From NCBI GenBank assembly GCA_964515595.1, contig CAZEUN010000001.1:246282-310281 (forward strand): 64,000 nucleotides of DNA, written 5' to 3'. The position numbers and the translations under genes are program-made. Shown here in pieces: positions 46,563-59,534 of this stretch. This DNA is from an uncultured Oleiharenicola sp. (GTDB taxonomy: Bacteria; Verrucomicrobiota; Verrucomicrobiia; Opitutales; Opitutaceae). How positions within the stretch are numbered: the first letter of the stretch is position 1; each line of letters starts with the position of its first letter. Below the pieces are notes generated by a model. It was given only the letters and a program-made list of their open reading frames with translations. It was not told where the DNA came from and ran no database searches.

Positions 46563-47360
46563 ATGACGACCCTCGCCCATTACGCCCGCATCTGGCTGAC
46601 ATCCGCGCGCTATTCCGTGATGCGCACGCTGATGTTCCGCGGCGACTTCTTCATCTGGGCGCTGGTCGAGCTGTTCTGGATGTCGGTGAACGTCCTGATG
46701 GTGTCGGTGATCTACGACCACACCAACCACGTCGCCGGCTGGACCAAGTACGAGATGATGCTGCTCATCGGCACCTCCATGCTGATCCAGCGCTTCCTCA
46801 TGGGATTCTTCTGGAGCAGCATTTTCGAAATGGGCCGGAACATCCGCAGCGGCAACTTCGACTTCTTCCTCGCGCAGCCGGGCAACGTCATGTTCATGGC
46901 GACGACGCGCAAGCTCGACCCGGACAGCCTCGTCAACTCGCTCGTCGCGATCGCCCTCGTGGTTTACTCGGCGATGAAGCTCAACCTGCACCCCGGCGCG
47001 GCGGACATTGCCCTCTACGCGCTGCTGGTCGCCTGCGGCGTCGTGATCCATTACAGCGTCCTCGTGCTGTGCATCGCGATGGCGTTCTGGATCACCAGCG
47101 CCCAGGGCATCGAGGGAAGCTATTTCACGCTGAGCGAATTCTCCCGGCTCCCGCGGCAGGCGTTCCGCGGCCTGGCCAACGTCGCGTTCGTCTGGGTGCT
47201 GCCGATGGTCGTCGTCAGCAACGTTCCCGCCAGCACCCTGATCCACGGCCTCAGCCTCCCGCAGGCCGGCTGGATCGTGGGCATCACCGCCTTCTGGTTC
47301 ACGCTCGCCGTGGTCGTCTTCCACCGCGGGCTACGCCGCTACACGAGCGCGAGCAGCTGA
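46563..47360 (+). CDS. ABC-2 family transporter permease, second subunit
   Basis: IRSGNFDFFLAQP, FSRLP..AF, GLRRYTSASS. Confidence 0.85.
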   Translation: MTTLAHYARIWLTSARYSVMRTLMFRGDFFIWALVELFWMSVNVLMVSVIYDHTNHVAGWTKYEMMLLIGTSMLIQRFLMGFFWSSIFEMGRNIRSGNFDFFLAQPGNVMFMATTRKLDPDSLVNSLVAIALVVYSAMKLNLHPGAADIALYALLVACGVVIHYSVLVLCIAMAFWITSAQGIEGSYFTLSEFSRLPRQAFRGLANVAFVWVLPMVVVSNVPASTLIHGLSLPQAGWIVGITAFWFTLAVVVFHRGLRRYTSASS

Positions 47361-47376
47361 GCCGGGCTCCGCCCGG

Positions 47377-47463
47377 CAAAGGCCAAACGCCAAATCCCCC
47401 ATGCCAGACGAATCCACCTGCTTCGAAATTGGGGTTTGTTTGGCGTTTGGAATTTGGCCTTTG
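47377..47463. repeat. CCAAA/TTTGG inverted-repeat element, copy 2
   Basis: caaaggccaaacgccaaatcccc ... ggggtttgtttggcgtttggaatttggcctttg; its reverse complement aligns with 35498-35530. Confidence 0.65.
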
Positions 47464-47478
47464 TGATTTTGCTTCACC

Positions 47479-48204
47479 GTGCCTGAAAGATTCAAAAACC
47501 TCGAGATCCGCCTCGGCTACTCCTTTCGAAGCCAGGCTCTGCTGCTGGAAGCCCTGACGCATCCCTCCTACCTGCAGGACCACCCGAAGGCCGGCCCGCA
47601 CAACCAGCGGCTCGAGTACCTGGGTGACTCGGTGCTCCAATTGATCCTCACCGAGGCGCTCTACAAGGAATTCGTCACGGAGCGGGAAGGCGTGCTCAGC
47701 CGCCGCCGCGCGATGTTGTCGAGGGGCGGTTTCCTGACGCAGATGGCCCACGACCTCGGCATCGAGGCGGCGCTGCGCATCAGCAAGAGCGAGGAGGAAA
47801 CCGGCGGCCGCGGCCGCGCCTCGATCATGGAGGACGCCTTCGAAGCCCTCGTCGGCGCGCTCTACCTCGACAGCGACTTTGCCACGACGCGCGAGCGCGT
47901 GCTGGCCTGGTATGGACCGCTCACGCGCCACCTCGGGGACTCCGAGGATGCCGAGAATCCCAAGGGCCGGTTGCAGGAACTCATCCAGCCGGAACACGGC
48001 AACAATGCCCTGCGCTACGAGGTGACCGGCACCTCCGGCCCGCGCCACGCGCGGGAATATGCCGTCGCCGTTTTCCTGAACGACGTCCAACTCGGCACCG
48101 GCACCGGCCCCTCGAAGAAGGTCGCGGAGGAAGTCGCCGCGCGCGTCGCGCTGGCCACCCTGCGCGTGGAAAGCGCCAAGCTCCAGCCTCCGGCCGCCAG
48201 CTAG
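47479..48204 (+). CDS. rnc: Ribonuclease III
   Basis: EALTHPS, NQRLEYLGDSVL, EDAFEALVGALYLD, dsRBD NPKGRLQE...GPSKKVAEE.AA. Confidence 0.95.
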   Translation: MPERFKNLEIRLGYSFRSQALLLEALTHPSYLQDHPKAGPHNQRLEYLGDSVLQLILTEALYKEFVTEREGVLSRRRAMLSRGGFLTQMAHDLGIEAALRISKSEEETGGRGRASIMEDAFEALVGALYLDSDFATTRERVLAWYGPLTRHLGDSEDAENPKGRLQELIQPEHGNNALRYEVTGTSGPRHAREYAVAVFLNDVQLGTGTGPSKKVAEEVAARVALATLRVESAKLQPPAAS

Positions 48205-48324
48205 CACTCCTGCGTCGCGTCCTGAACACACCATTCCTCCGTTCGCTCATTCCGAACGGAGCGAAGGAATGGTACTTTCAAAGAAGTTGCCCGCCGGGCG
48301 GGAGCGTGCACCTTCCTCCCTTCC

Positions 48325-51797
<3,473 letters not shown>

Positions 51798-51801
<4 letters not shown>

Positions 51802-52814
51802 CTCTCCGAGGCTCCCGTGCCGTTTCCCTCCCGCTTCTCGCATCCGCCGGCCTTTTTCTGGGGTTGATTTCGCTCCGAGCCCAAGTGGCCCAAACGCCGC
51901 CGGACAATCTTAACCTGCGCTACGCCAATGGCATAGTGGCGATTGCGGAGGACAAGATCATCACCGTCGATGACATCCGCCGGGAAATCGGCCCCCTCGT
52001 CCCTGAGATCCAAAAACAGGCCCGCAACGAGAAGGAATTCAACGAAAAGCTCGAGGCGCTCCAAGAGGACGTCGTTCAAAACCTCATCGATCGCGTCCTG
52101 ATCGTGAAGGACTTCTATTCCGACGAGAAGCGCAAGGTGCCGGAGAGCTACGTCGATAACGCCGTCGCGGAAACCATCATCACGCAGTTCGACGGCGACC
52201 GGAGCAAGTTCCTCGCCTACCTCCGCAGCCGCGGCATCTCGCAGAAGGATTACCGCAAGGAGCAGGAAGAGGACATGATCTACGGCTACATGCGCCAGCA
52301 GAAGGCGAAGTCGGCCAGCACGATCAGCCCGGTGAAAATCGAGGCGTTCTACACCGAGAACAAGGACCGGTTCTACCAGGAGGACAGCGTCCACCTTCGT
52401 CTCATCCAGGTCACCCGCACCCCGGAGGACACCGACGACACGCTGAAGGCCCGGGCGTCCACCATCATGACGGAGCTCGCCGCCGGCGCCGATTTCGGCG
52501 AGGTGGCCCGCAAGTACAGCCAGGACACCCGCAAGGGCAAGGGTGGCGACTGGGGCTGGCAGCGCCGCTCCGACCTGCGCAAGGAATTCAGCGACGTCAT
52601 CTTCAATCTGGAGAAGGGCCAGCGCAGCGACCCGCTGATCATGCCCGAGGGCGCCTTCATTTTCTTCGTCGAGGACCGCAAGCACGCCGGCATCCTGCCG
52701 CTCGACGAAGTCCGTCCTGATATCGAGAAAGCGTTGGTGCAACAAGGTTCACGCCAGGCGACCGAGCGCTGGTTGGAAAAGCTGCGACGCAACGCTTACG
52801 TGAAGCACTTCTAA
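51798..52814 (+). CDS. SurA-like parvulin-type peptidyl-prolyl isomerase
   Basis: GIVAIAEDKIIT, LID..LI, DFGEVARKYSQD..KGGDWGW; overlaps the mfd stop. Confidence 0.85.
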
Positions 52815-52854
52815 GTTTCCCTGCTCGTGGGCCAGCGGGCGAAAACCCCGGCCC

Positions 52855-53577
52855 ATGAACCACGAACCTTACTCCCCTCTCCGCCTCCGCGACCTCGCGG
52901 TGAGCGACCGCCCGCAAGAGCGTTTGGAAAAGCTCGGCCCCGCCGCGCTCAGCGATACCGAACTCCTCGCCATGCTGCTTCGCAGCGGCAGCAAGGGACA
53001 CAACGTCGTCAGCATTGCCCAGCGCCTGATCGCCGAGGCCGGCTCCCTGGCGGCGCTGGTCAAATGGACCGAACCCGACTTCCGCCGCCTGACCGGCATC
53101 GGCCGGATCAAGGCCCTGCAACTGGTGACCGTGATGGAGATTGTCCGCCGCGGCCTGAACCGGCCGGCGGAAACGGAGGAGCCGGTGTTGAACCGGCCGG
53201 AGCTCATCCACGCGCATTTTCGCGCGCAAATCGCGGGCCTGGCGGTGGAAAAATTCTGGGTGCTTTGCCTCAACCGGAAAAACCGGCTGCTCAAGCAGGT
53301 CGAGATCACCTCCGGCACCGCGACGAGTTCCCTCGCCCACCCGCGCGAGGTTTTTCGCGAGGCAATCCGCCAGGGCGCCACCGCCGTGGTCTGCGTGCAC
53401 AATCACCCGAGCGGCGACCCCGCGCCCAGCGCCGCGGATGTGCAGGTCACGCGTCAGCTCCGCGACGCCGCCAAGGCCGTGGACATCGAGTTACTGGATC
53501 ATGTGGTGGTCGGCCGCCCCGGCGCGGACCCGCAGGGCCGCGGGTATTATAGTTTCCGGGAGGCGGGGGTGATTTAG
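52855..53577 (+). CDS. radC: RadC/JAB-domain protein
   Basis: RPQERL...G..ALSDTELLA.LL, HPREVF, HNHPSGDPAPS.AD, LLDHVVV. Confidence 0.93.
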   Translation: MNHEPYSPLRLRDLAVSDRPQERLEKLGPAALSDTELLAMLLRSGSKGHNVVSIAQRLIAEAGSLAALVKWTEPDFRRLTGIGRIKALQLVTVMEIVRRGLNRPAETEEPVLNRPELIHAHFRAQIAGLAVEKFWVLCLNRKNRLLKQVEITSGTATSSLAHPREVFREAIRQGATAVVCVHNHPSGDPAPSAADVQVTRQLRDAAKAVDIELLDHVVVGRPGADPQGRGYYSFREAGVI

Positions 53578-53590
53578 AGGTCCGAATTTG

Positions 53591-53658
53591 GGTGGGAGGG
53601 GTTTTATACCCCGACTTGCATGGCGACCGTCCCGTCGGGGTATAAAACCCCTCCCACC
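53591..53658. repeat. REP doublet (REPIN-like): perfect 25-bp inverted repeat
   Basis: ggtgggaggggttttataccccgac (53591-53615) / gtcggggtataaaacccctcccacc (53634-53658), 18-nt spacer, GTGG foot. Confidence 0.8.
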
Positions 53659-53715
53659 AGGAATCATCTCTCACCAAGAATCCTTTTCGAATGCCTCACA
53701 TTCGCAAAAAACCTC

Positions 53716-53745
53716 TTGGCAAAGCCCAACACCGCCTCATACCTT
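53716..53745 (+). promoter_or_regulatory. Sigma70-like promoter for tRNA-Tyr
   Basis: TTGGCA-N18-TACCTT, about 20 nt upstream of the tRNA. Confidence 0.45.
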
Positions 53746-53765
53746 CACCGTTCGTTCTTTTTGAT

Positions 53766-53853
53766 GGTGGAGTATCCAAGTGGCCAAAGGACGTTGACTG
53801 TAAATCAATTCGGCTCTTGCCGTTCACTGGTTCGACTCCAGTCTCCACCACCA
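53766..53853 (+). tRNA. tRNA-Tyr(GTA)
   Basis: Acceptor stem GGTGGAG/CTCCACC, anticodon loop CTGTAAA, long variable arm, GGTTCGACTCC T-arm, encoded CCA. Confidence 0.96.
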
Positions 53854-53859
53854 CTTTAG

Positions 53860-53897
53860 AAGTCCCGCAATCCGAGAGGGTTGCGGGACTTTTTATT
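53860..53897 (+). terminator. Rho-independent terminator after tRNA-Tyr
   Basis: AAGTCCCGCAATCC-GAGA-GGGTTGCGGGACTT followed by TTTATTT. Confidence 0.85.
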
Positions 53898-53966
53898 TAC
53901 CCAAGCCATAACGCTTCACCCAAATGTAGGGCCCGCGCTGGTCGCGGGGCCGTTGATTGGAGGTAA

Positions 53967-53989
53967 CAGCGGTCGTCAGACCGCTGGCG
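53967..53989. repeat. Palindromic unit CAGCGGTCGTCAGACCGCTGGCG, upstream of cls
   Basis: 22/23 identical to 55841-55863, same orientation. Confidence 0.65.
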
Positions 53990-54083
53990 ACAGCCGTCTG
54001 ACGACGGCTGCTACATGGGAACAGCTGGCCTCCCCGCCACTCCGCTTGCCAACTGCCCATCGCTCGCGATTCTCAGTCACGCG

Positions 54084-55532
54084 ATGGACACGTTGAAGCA
54101 CTACTACGACGCCTTCGTCGAGCACCCGATCACCAACGGCTTGCTCCCGCATCTGCTGACGGTCGCCGGCTTCCTTCTCGCCTTCTTCGCGATCGCCCGG
54201 CTGATGAGCCAGCGCAAGCAACCGGGCAACACCTTCGCGTGGCTGTTCGCCATCGCCTTCGTGCCGTACATCGGCGTGCCGCTTTATCTGATCTTCGGCG
54301 GACGCAAGGTGAAACAACTCGCCGCCCGCAAGGCCCAGTTGTGTCCTGTCATTCCCAACGCCGCGACCTCCCCCTCGGCGGACAAATCCGTCGCCCGCGT
54401 CCTCCTGCTCAACGGCGCGTGTCCGCCGATCGGCGGCAATCGCGTGAGTTTCCTGACCTCCGGCGAGGAATCCTACGAGCGATTGGAATACGGCATCCTG
54501 CATGCCCGGCACAGCATCCACCTGATGACCTTCATCCTCGGCCGCGATGTGGTCGGGAAACGGGTGGTCAAGCTGCTCGCGCAGCGCGCGCGGGAGGGCG
54601 TGAAGGTCCGTTTGCTGCTCGACGGCCTCGGCTGCTTTCGCAGCGCGGGGCGGTTCTGCAACCCGATCCGCGAGGCGGGCGGCGAGGTCGTGCGCTTCAT
54701 GCCGGTGATGCCGTTGCAGACGCCGCACTCGGCCAATCTGCGCAATCATCGCAAGATCGCCATCTTCGATCACCAGGTCGCCGCGCTCGGCGGACGCAAC
54801 CTCGCGGTCGAGTACATGGGCCCGCATCCGCTCAAGCGCCGCTGGCGCGACCTCGGCGGCGTGATCGAGGGCCCGGCGGTGCGGCTGCTCGACGAGATCT
54901 TCATCGCGGACTGGGCCTTCGCCTCGGGCCAGTCGCTCGCCGCGCTCCAGAAGGAACTGCCCGCGGAGATTCCGGCGGTGGCCGGCACGAGCGAGGTGCA
55001 GATTGTGGCCAGCGGACCGGACGTCGCCGGCGATCCCCTTTACGAAGGCATCCTGTCCCTGGTGCAACAAGCCCAGCGGAGCGTGTGGATCGTGACGCCG
55101 TACTTCATTCCCGATGAAGTCCTCTTCCGCTCGCTGCTGGTGCAGGCACGCGCCGGCATCGATGTCCGTCTCGTCGTGCCCGCCAAGTCGAACCATCCCA
55201 TCACCGATCTCGCCCGCCGGCACTACCTGCGCGGTCTCCACGCCGCGGGGGTCAAGGTGTTGCTCTACGGCCCCGGCATGATCCACGCGAAGATGCTCCT
55301 GGTGGACGAGGAAACCGGCTTGTTCGGGTCCGCGAACATGGATCTGCGGAGCCTGTTCCTGAACTTCGAAGTCGGCGCCGTGACGTACTCGTCCGCGGAA
55401 GCCCGGGCCATTGCCAACTGGATGAAGGAAATCTTCGCCCATGCCCGGCCCATGCCCGAGCCGCGGCGCGAATCCCGGCTGTTTCCCACCATCGGCGAGG
55501 AAATCGCCCGATTGCTGGCGCCGCTGCTGTAG
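54084..55532 (+). CDS. cls: Cardiolipin synthase (PLD superfamily)
   Basis: Two N-terminal TM helices (PLDc_N, PYIGVPLYL.FG); HKD motifs NHRKIAIFD and IHAKMLLVD; GSANMD.RS..LNFE. Confidence 0.92.
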   Translation: MDTLKHYYDAFVEHPITNGLLPHLLTVAGFLLAFFAIARLMSQRKQPGNTFAWLFAIAFVPYIGVPLYLIFGGRKVKQLAARKAQLCPVIPNAATSPSADKSVARVLLLNGACPPIGGNRVSFLTSGEESYERLEYGILHARHSIHLMTFILGRDVVGKRVVKLLAQRAREGVKVRLLLDGLGCFRSAGRFCNPIREAGGEVVRFMPVMPLQTPHSANLRNHRKIAIFDHQVAALGGRNLAVEYMGPHPLKRRWRDLGGVIEGPAVRLLDEIFIADWAFASGQSLAALQKELPAEIPAVAGTSEVQIVASGPDVAGDPLYEGILSLVQQAQRSVWIVTPYFIPDEVLFRSLLVQARAGIDVRLVVPAKSNHPITDLARRHYLRGLHAAGVKVLLYGPGMIHAKMLLVDEETGLFGSANMDLRSLFLNFEVGAVTYSSAEARAIANWMKEIFAHARPMPEPRRESRLFPTIGEEIARLLAPLL

Positions 55533-55540
55533 GCGTCCAA

Positions 55541-55582
55541 GATCCCCTCTCGAGAGGGGTGGCGCGCAGCGGCGGGGTGTGT
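55541..55582. repeat. REP-like palindromic unit, copy 2
   Basis: Homologous to 44084-44123. Confidence 0.7.
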
Positions 55583-55631
55583 TGAGGGCGCTCCGAGGAC
55601 TGCAGGCAGCCGGACGTTCCCTGCCCCCCGT

Positions 55632-55803
55632 CCCTCTCAAGCCAGAACCATTCATTGGAAACCGCGAAGGACGCGAAGAAACGCGAAAATCGCGAGTCAG
55701 ACCTGATCCTCGGTGATGCCTGGCCGTAATCACTCTTTCGTGACCATGGGCAGAATTTCCCCGATAGCTCTTCGCGGACCTTCGCGCCCTTCGCGGTTCA
55801 ATT
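55632..55803. repeat. MITE-like element, copy 2
   Basis: Arms at 55660-55687 and 55771-55798; interior aligns with 43861-44038. Confidence 0.75.
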
Positions 55804-55840
55804 GCATCGTTCCCTCTCAAGAGGGGCTCCCCACAGGGAG

Positions 55841-55863
55841 CAGCGGTCGTCAGGCCGCTGGCG
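55841..55863. repeat. Palindromic unit CAGCGGTCGTCAGGCCGCTGGCG, downstream of cls
   Basis: Direct repeat of 53967-53989. Confidence 0.65.
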
Positions 55864-55873
55864 GCGTATTCGC

Positions 55874-55907
55874 AAAATAAAAAAGGCGGGCTCAGCGAGC
55901 CCGCCTT
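55874..55907 (-). terminator. Rho-independent terminator of the desaturase gene
   Basis: AAGGCGGGCTC-AGC-GAGCCCGCCTT, with an A-tract on the plus strand (U-tract on the minus strand). Confidence 0.85.
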
Positions 55908-55929
55908 GGTCATTCAATTTCGCGGAACC

Positions 55930-57099
55930 TCAGGCCACCACCGCGGCGCGTTCCAACAGGTGGAGGGCGGCGGCGAGTTCGCGGCGCATTTCTTCCAAGG
56001 CGGCGCGCAGCTCCTCGATCTGGTGATGGGCCCGCTCGGTGTACTCGGCCTTTTTCTCGGCGTACTCCGCCTTCATGGCGATGGCCTTCTCGGCGTATTG
56101 CGACTTCAACAGGGCCCAGCGTTCCCCGAGCTCGTGCAGCTTGGCATCCTTGGCCTGCAGCAGGGCGTGCAGGCGGGCGTTGGCACTGACCTTCGGGCAG
56201 GCGATGTGCGCCCCCAGGCGACGGCGGGCGTCAGCCAGTTGGGCGAGCAGGATCTTGTCCTCCGGCACGCGCCGCAGGCCGGTCACCAGACGGAGCTTCT
56301 CGAGCGTCCAGATCGTCCACTTCGTCGGATCCCACTGCCACCACTTAACCCCGTTGCGGTAGTCGTGCTGGAACTCGTGGTGATAATTGTGATACCCCTC
56401 GCCGAACGTGAAGAGCGCCATGAACCAGCTGTCGCGGGCGCTGCACTTGTTGGAATACGGCTGGTTGCCCACCGTATGGCAGAGCGAGTTGATGAAAAAC
56501 GTCATGTGTTGCACCGCGACGACGCGGGCCACGCCGGCGATCAACAGGCCGCCCAGGGCGCCCACCCAGCCATTATGCAGGTAACCCAGCGCGGGCGGGA
56601 TCACGAAGCTGACCACGATCGCAATCGCGATGCAGTACTTGGTCTGCCACATCACGAGCGGGTCCTTGCGCAGGTCGGCGACATTGTCCCACGGCGGCGC
56701 GGGCGTGGTCTTGAAAAGAATCCAGCCCATGTGCGCCCAAAAGAATCCCTTCGAGATGTCATAGGGATCATCGTCGTGATCCACGTGCTTGTGGTGGCGG
56801 CGGTGATCGGAAACCCACGCCAGCACGGAATTTTCAAAGGCCGCCGCGCCGAAAATCAGCGTGGCGAGCCGCACCGGCCACTTCGCCTGGAAGGCCATGT
56901 GCGAGAACAGACGGTGATAGCCGAGCGTGATGCTCAGGCCGGTCGCGATGGCCAAAAAGAGGAACATGCCGGCTTGAAAAAGATCCAGACCGTACTTCCA
57001 CAGATAGACCGGCACGGCCGTGCACGTCACAATTGTCGTTCCGATGAGGAACGAACTGTTGACCCAATCGACGCGTTCAAACGGGATGCGTAGTTTCAC
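55930..57099 (-). CDS. Delta-9-type fatty acid (acyl-CoA/acyl-lipid) desaturase with C-terminal helical extension
   Basis: His boxes GYHRLFSH, DHRRHH, GEGYHNYHH; DPTKW. Confidence 0.92.
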   Translation of the reverse strand: MKLRIPFERVDWVNSSFLIGTTIVTCTAVPVYLWKYGLDLFQAGMFLFLAIATGLSITLGYHRLFSHMAFQAKWPVRLATLIFGAAAFENSVLAWVSDHRRHHKHVDHDDDPYDISKGFFWAHMGWILFKTTPAPPWDNVADLRKDPLVMWQTKYCIAIAIVVSFVIPPALGYLHNGWVGALGGLLIAGVARVVAVQHMTFFINSLCHTVGNQPYSNKCSARDSWFMALFTFGEGYHNYHHEFQHDYRNGVKWWQWDPTKWTIWTLEKLRLVTGLRRVPEDKILLAQLADARRRLGAHIACPKVSANARLHALLQAKDAKLHELGERWALLKSQYAEKAIAMKAEYAEKKAEYTERAHHQIEELRAALEEMRRELAAALHLLERAAVVA

Positions 57100-57192
57100 G
57101 ATGCCGCCAGAGTGTGAAGCACTCGCCCGGGTGCGAGCGAAAACTAGGGGATATTTCTCCCGTTCTTGGGCGACTTTTTTTGAACGGCCCGT

Positions 57193-57936
57193 TCAATTCC
57201 CCACCCGCCCCAGGCGCCCGGCCAGCGGCCACGCCACCCGTCGCGCCGCAGGTCCCCACAGGGGAGCAAGTTCGGCCTCGAGCGCGGCCACCGGGTCGAA
57301 CCCGTTGGCCTTGATGAACCGCGCCACCGCCGACCAACTGCGCAGGTAGTGGGTGAATTCAAGGAGAATCCACTCGAGTTCCATCGCCGCGGCGGGAAAG
57401 CGCTCTTCCGGAAATTCAAAATCCAGTTCGCGGTAACCGGTCTCCGGATGATGGCGCTCCGGCGGCCAGTAGGGCCCCACCGTGCCCGCATAGAAACGAT
57501 GCACGACCGCGTCGATTTCCGGCGTGACCTCGCTCAAGCCATAGGTCCACAGCGCGATCACGCCCCCCGGACGCAGCACGCGCCGGGCCTCCGCATAAAA
57601 CCTCGGCCGGTCGAACCAGTGGGCCGCCTGGGCCACGGTGATCAGATCGACCGACCCCGCCGCGAGCATCGGCGCCGTTTCGCCGGCGGCGTGATAGCTG
57701 ACCCGCGGGTGCGCGACGGCCTGCGCCAATTGCGCCGCGCTGGGATCGGTCGCCACGACCTGCTCAAAATGCGCCGCGAGGGCGACGGCCGCCTGGCCAT
57801 TGCCCGTGCCCGCGTCCCAGGCGAGGGTCCACCCGGGTGCCAGGCGGGCCAGTTCGACGAACAACGCGGCGGGATACGTCGGCCGCGCCTTGGCGTAGGT
57901 CGCCGCCTGCGTCGAGAAATGGTCCTTGAAACTCAT
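57193..57936 (-). CDS. Class I SAM-dependent methyltransferase
   Basis: YAKARPTYP, WDAGTGNGQAA, DLITVAQAAHWFD. Confidence 0.9.
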   Translation of the reverse strand: MSFKDHFSTQAATYAKARPTYPAALFVELARLAPGWTLAWDAGTGNGQAAVALAAHFEQVVATDPSAAQLAQAVAHPRVSYHAAGETAPMLAAGSVDLITVAQAAHWFDRPRFYAEARRVLRPGGVIALWTYGLSEVTPEIDAVVHRFYAGTVGPYWPPERHHPETGYRELDFEFPEERFPAAAMELEWILLEFTHYLRSWSAVARFIKANGFDPVAALEAELAPLWGPAARRVAWPLAGRLGRVGN

Positions 57937-58080
57937 GCCGGCAGCATGCGTTTCGCGCCGGGCGGGACCAGTATCTTCCCCCTGTAGCGGCGGTCCATGA
58001 CGGCCGGTGTTCAGGTGAAGCGCGATACCCTCGACGCGCTGCCGCCATCAGCGTCTGGAGGGCAGGACGCTCCACCCGCC

Positions 58081-59442
58081 TCACACCGCGTGCTTCGCGA
58101 CGTAGGCCTTGATCGCCGCGGCGTCGGCGGGCAGGCGGTGCTTGATGATCGGGCGGGACTTGAGGGCCTCCAGCGCCGGATGCGTCACGGTCTCGCCGGT
58201 CGCGGCCTGGATCGCCTCGGGAAATTTCGCCGGATGCGCGGTGGCCAGCACCACGCTGGTGCGCGCCGGATTCAAATCCTTGAAACCGCAGGCGGTGTGC
58301 GGATCCACCACGTAATGGTAGCGCTGGTAAACCTGGCGGATGATCGCGGAAATCTCCCCGTCATCGGCCCGCGACGAGCTGAACGCCGACTTGTTCAGCA
58401 CATCGAACCGGTAGGCCCCGGTGGCCTTGATCTGCGCCATCACCGCCTTCACGCGGGTGGGATTCTCATCGAGCGCATAATAGAGGAAGCGCTCGAAGTT
58501 CGACGCGACCTGGATGTCCATCGACGGCGCCAGGCTCGCGTGGACCGCCTCGCTGCGGTACTCGGCGGTGGTGAACAGCCGGTGGAGGATATCGTTGCGA
58601 TTGGTGGCGACCTTGAAGCCGCGGATCGGCACGCCCATCCGCTGCAGCAGCCACCCGGCAAAGACATTGCCGAAATTGCCGGTCGGCACGACGAACTCCA
58701 CGTTGGCCCGCGCGGCCGCCGGCAGGCGGAGCCAGGCCGACAGGTAGTAAATGCACTGGCCGAGCACGCGCGCCAGGTTGATCGAATTCACGGCCGACAG
58801 CCGCTGCGCGGCCGCGAACTCCTGGTCGGCGAAAATCTCCTTCAGCACGCGCTGCGCATCGTCGAAGCTGCCGTCGATCGCGAGGGCGTGGACGTTTCCC
58901 GCGCCGGTGCAGGTCATCTGCCGTTCCTGGAGCGCCGACACCCGCCCCTCGGGATAAAGGATGAAGATCGCGGTCTTCGGCTTGCCGAGCAGCCCGTGGA
59001 TGGCCGCGGCGCCGGTGTCGCCCGACGTGGCGCCGAGGACATTGATCCCCTGCCCGCGCTGCGCGCACTGGTACTCGTAGAGGTTGCCGAGCAGTTGCAG
59101 GGCGAAATCCTTGAACGCGAGCGTCTGCCCGTGAAAGAGCTCGAGCACGTACAGCTGGTCGTCGAGGCGGCGCAGCGGCGCCAGCGTCTCGGCATGGCCG
59201 AACGTGCCGTAGGTCTTGCGCACGATCGTGCGCAGGGCCGCGGGCTCGATGTCCGTGGCGAACAACTGCAGGAATGCAAAGGCCAGGTCGGCGAACCCGA
59301 GCGATTCCCATGACGCCAGGAGCGGCGCGATGGCCGGCAGCTTCTGCGGCAGGTAAAGCCCGCCGTCCGGCGCGAGCCCGATGGCCACGGCCTCGGTGAA
59401 GCTGACGGGTTCGGCCTGGCCGCGGGTGCTGACGAATTTCAT
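58081..59442 (-). CDS. thrC: Threonine synthase
   Basis: MKFVSTRG, GLAPDGGLYLP, ELFHGQTLAFKDFA (PLP Lys), ATSGDTG.AA, NSIN..R, VPTGNFGN, LATAHPAKF. Confidence 0.96.
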   Translation of the reverse strand: MKFVSTRGQAEPVSFTEAVAIGLAPDGGLYLPQKLPAIAPLLASWESLGFADLAFAFLQLFATDIEPAALRTIVRKTYGTFGHAETLAPLRRLDDQLYVLELFHGQTLAFKDFALQLLGNLYEYQCAQRGQGINVLGATSGDTGAAAIHGLLGKPKTAIFILYPEGRVSALQERQMTCTGAGNVHALAIDGSFDDAQRVLKEIFADQEFAAAQRLSAVNSINLARVLGQCIYYLSAWLRLPAAARANVEFVVPTGNFGNVFAGWLLQRMGVPIRGFKVATNRNDILHRLFTTAEYRSEAVHASLAPSMDIQVASNFERFLYYALDENPTRVKAVMAQIKATGAYRFDVLNKSAFSSSRADDGEISAIIRQVYQRYHYVVDPHTACGFKDLNPARTSVVLATAHPAKFPEAIQAATGETVTHPALEALKSRPIIKHRLPADAAAIKAYVAKHAV

Positions 59443-59456
59443 CGCCGGGTTAGCTA

Positions 59457-59521
59457 GCCACAAAAGGCACAAAAAGCACAAAAATTACGCATCCGTTTGG
59501 GCTTTTTGTGCTTTTTATGGC
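59457..59521. repeat. CACAAAA-unit imperfect inverted repeat between aspartate kinase and thrC
   Basis: gccacaaaaggcacaaaaagcacaaaaa ... tttttgtgctttttatggc. Confidence 0.65.
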
Positions 59522-59534
59522 CAAGGATCGGATG

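Noticed and set aside
47479-48204. RNase III signature NQRLEYLG rather than NERLEFLG
   Set aside because: The catalytic acidic residues (E, D, D, E) are intact; this is minor natural variation.
52855-53900. radC next to a tRNA as a sign of an integrative element
   Set aside because: This is the full-length chromosomal RadC type, co-oriented with mfd and the PPIase. There is no integrase or att-like duplication of the tRNA 3' end in the window.
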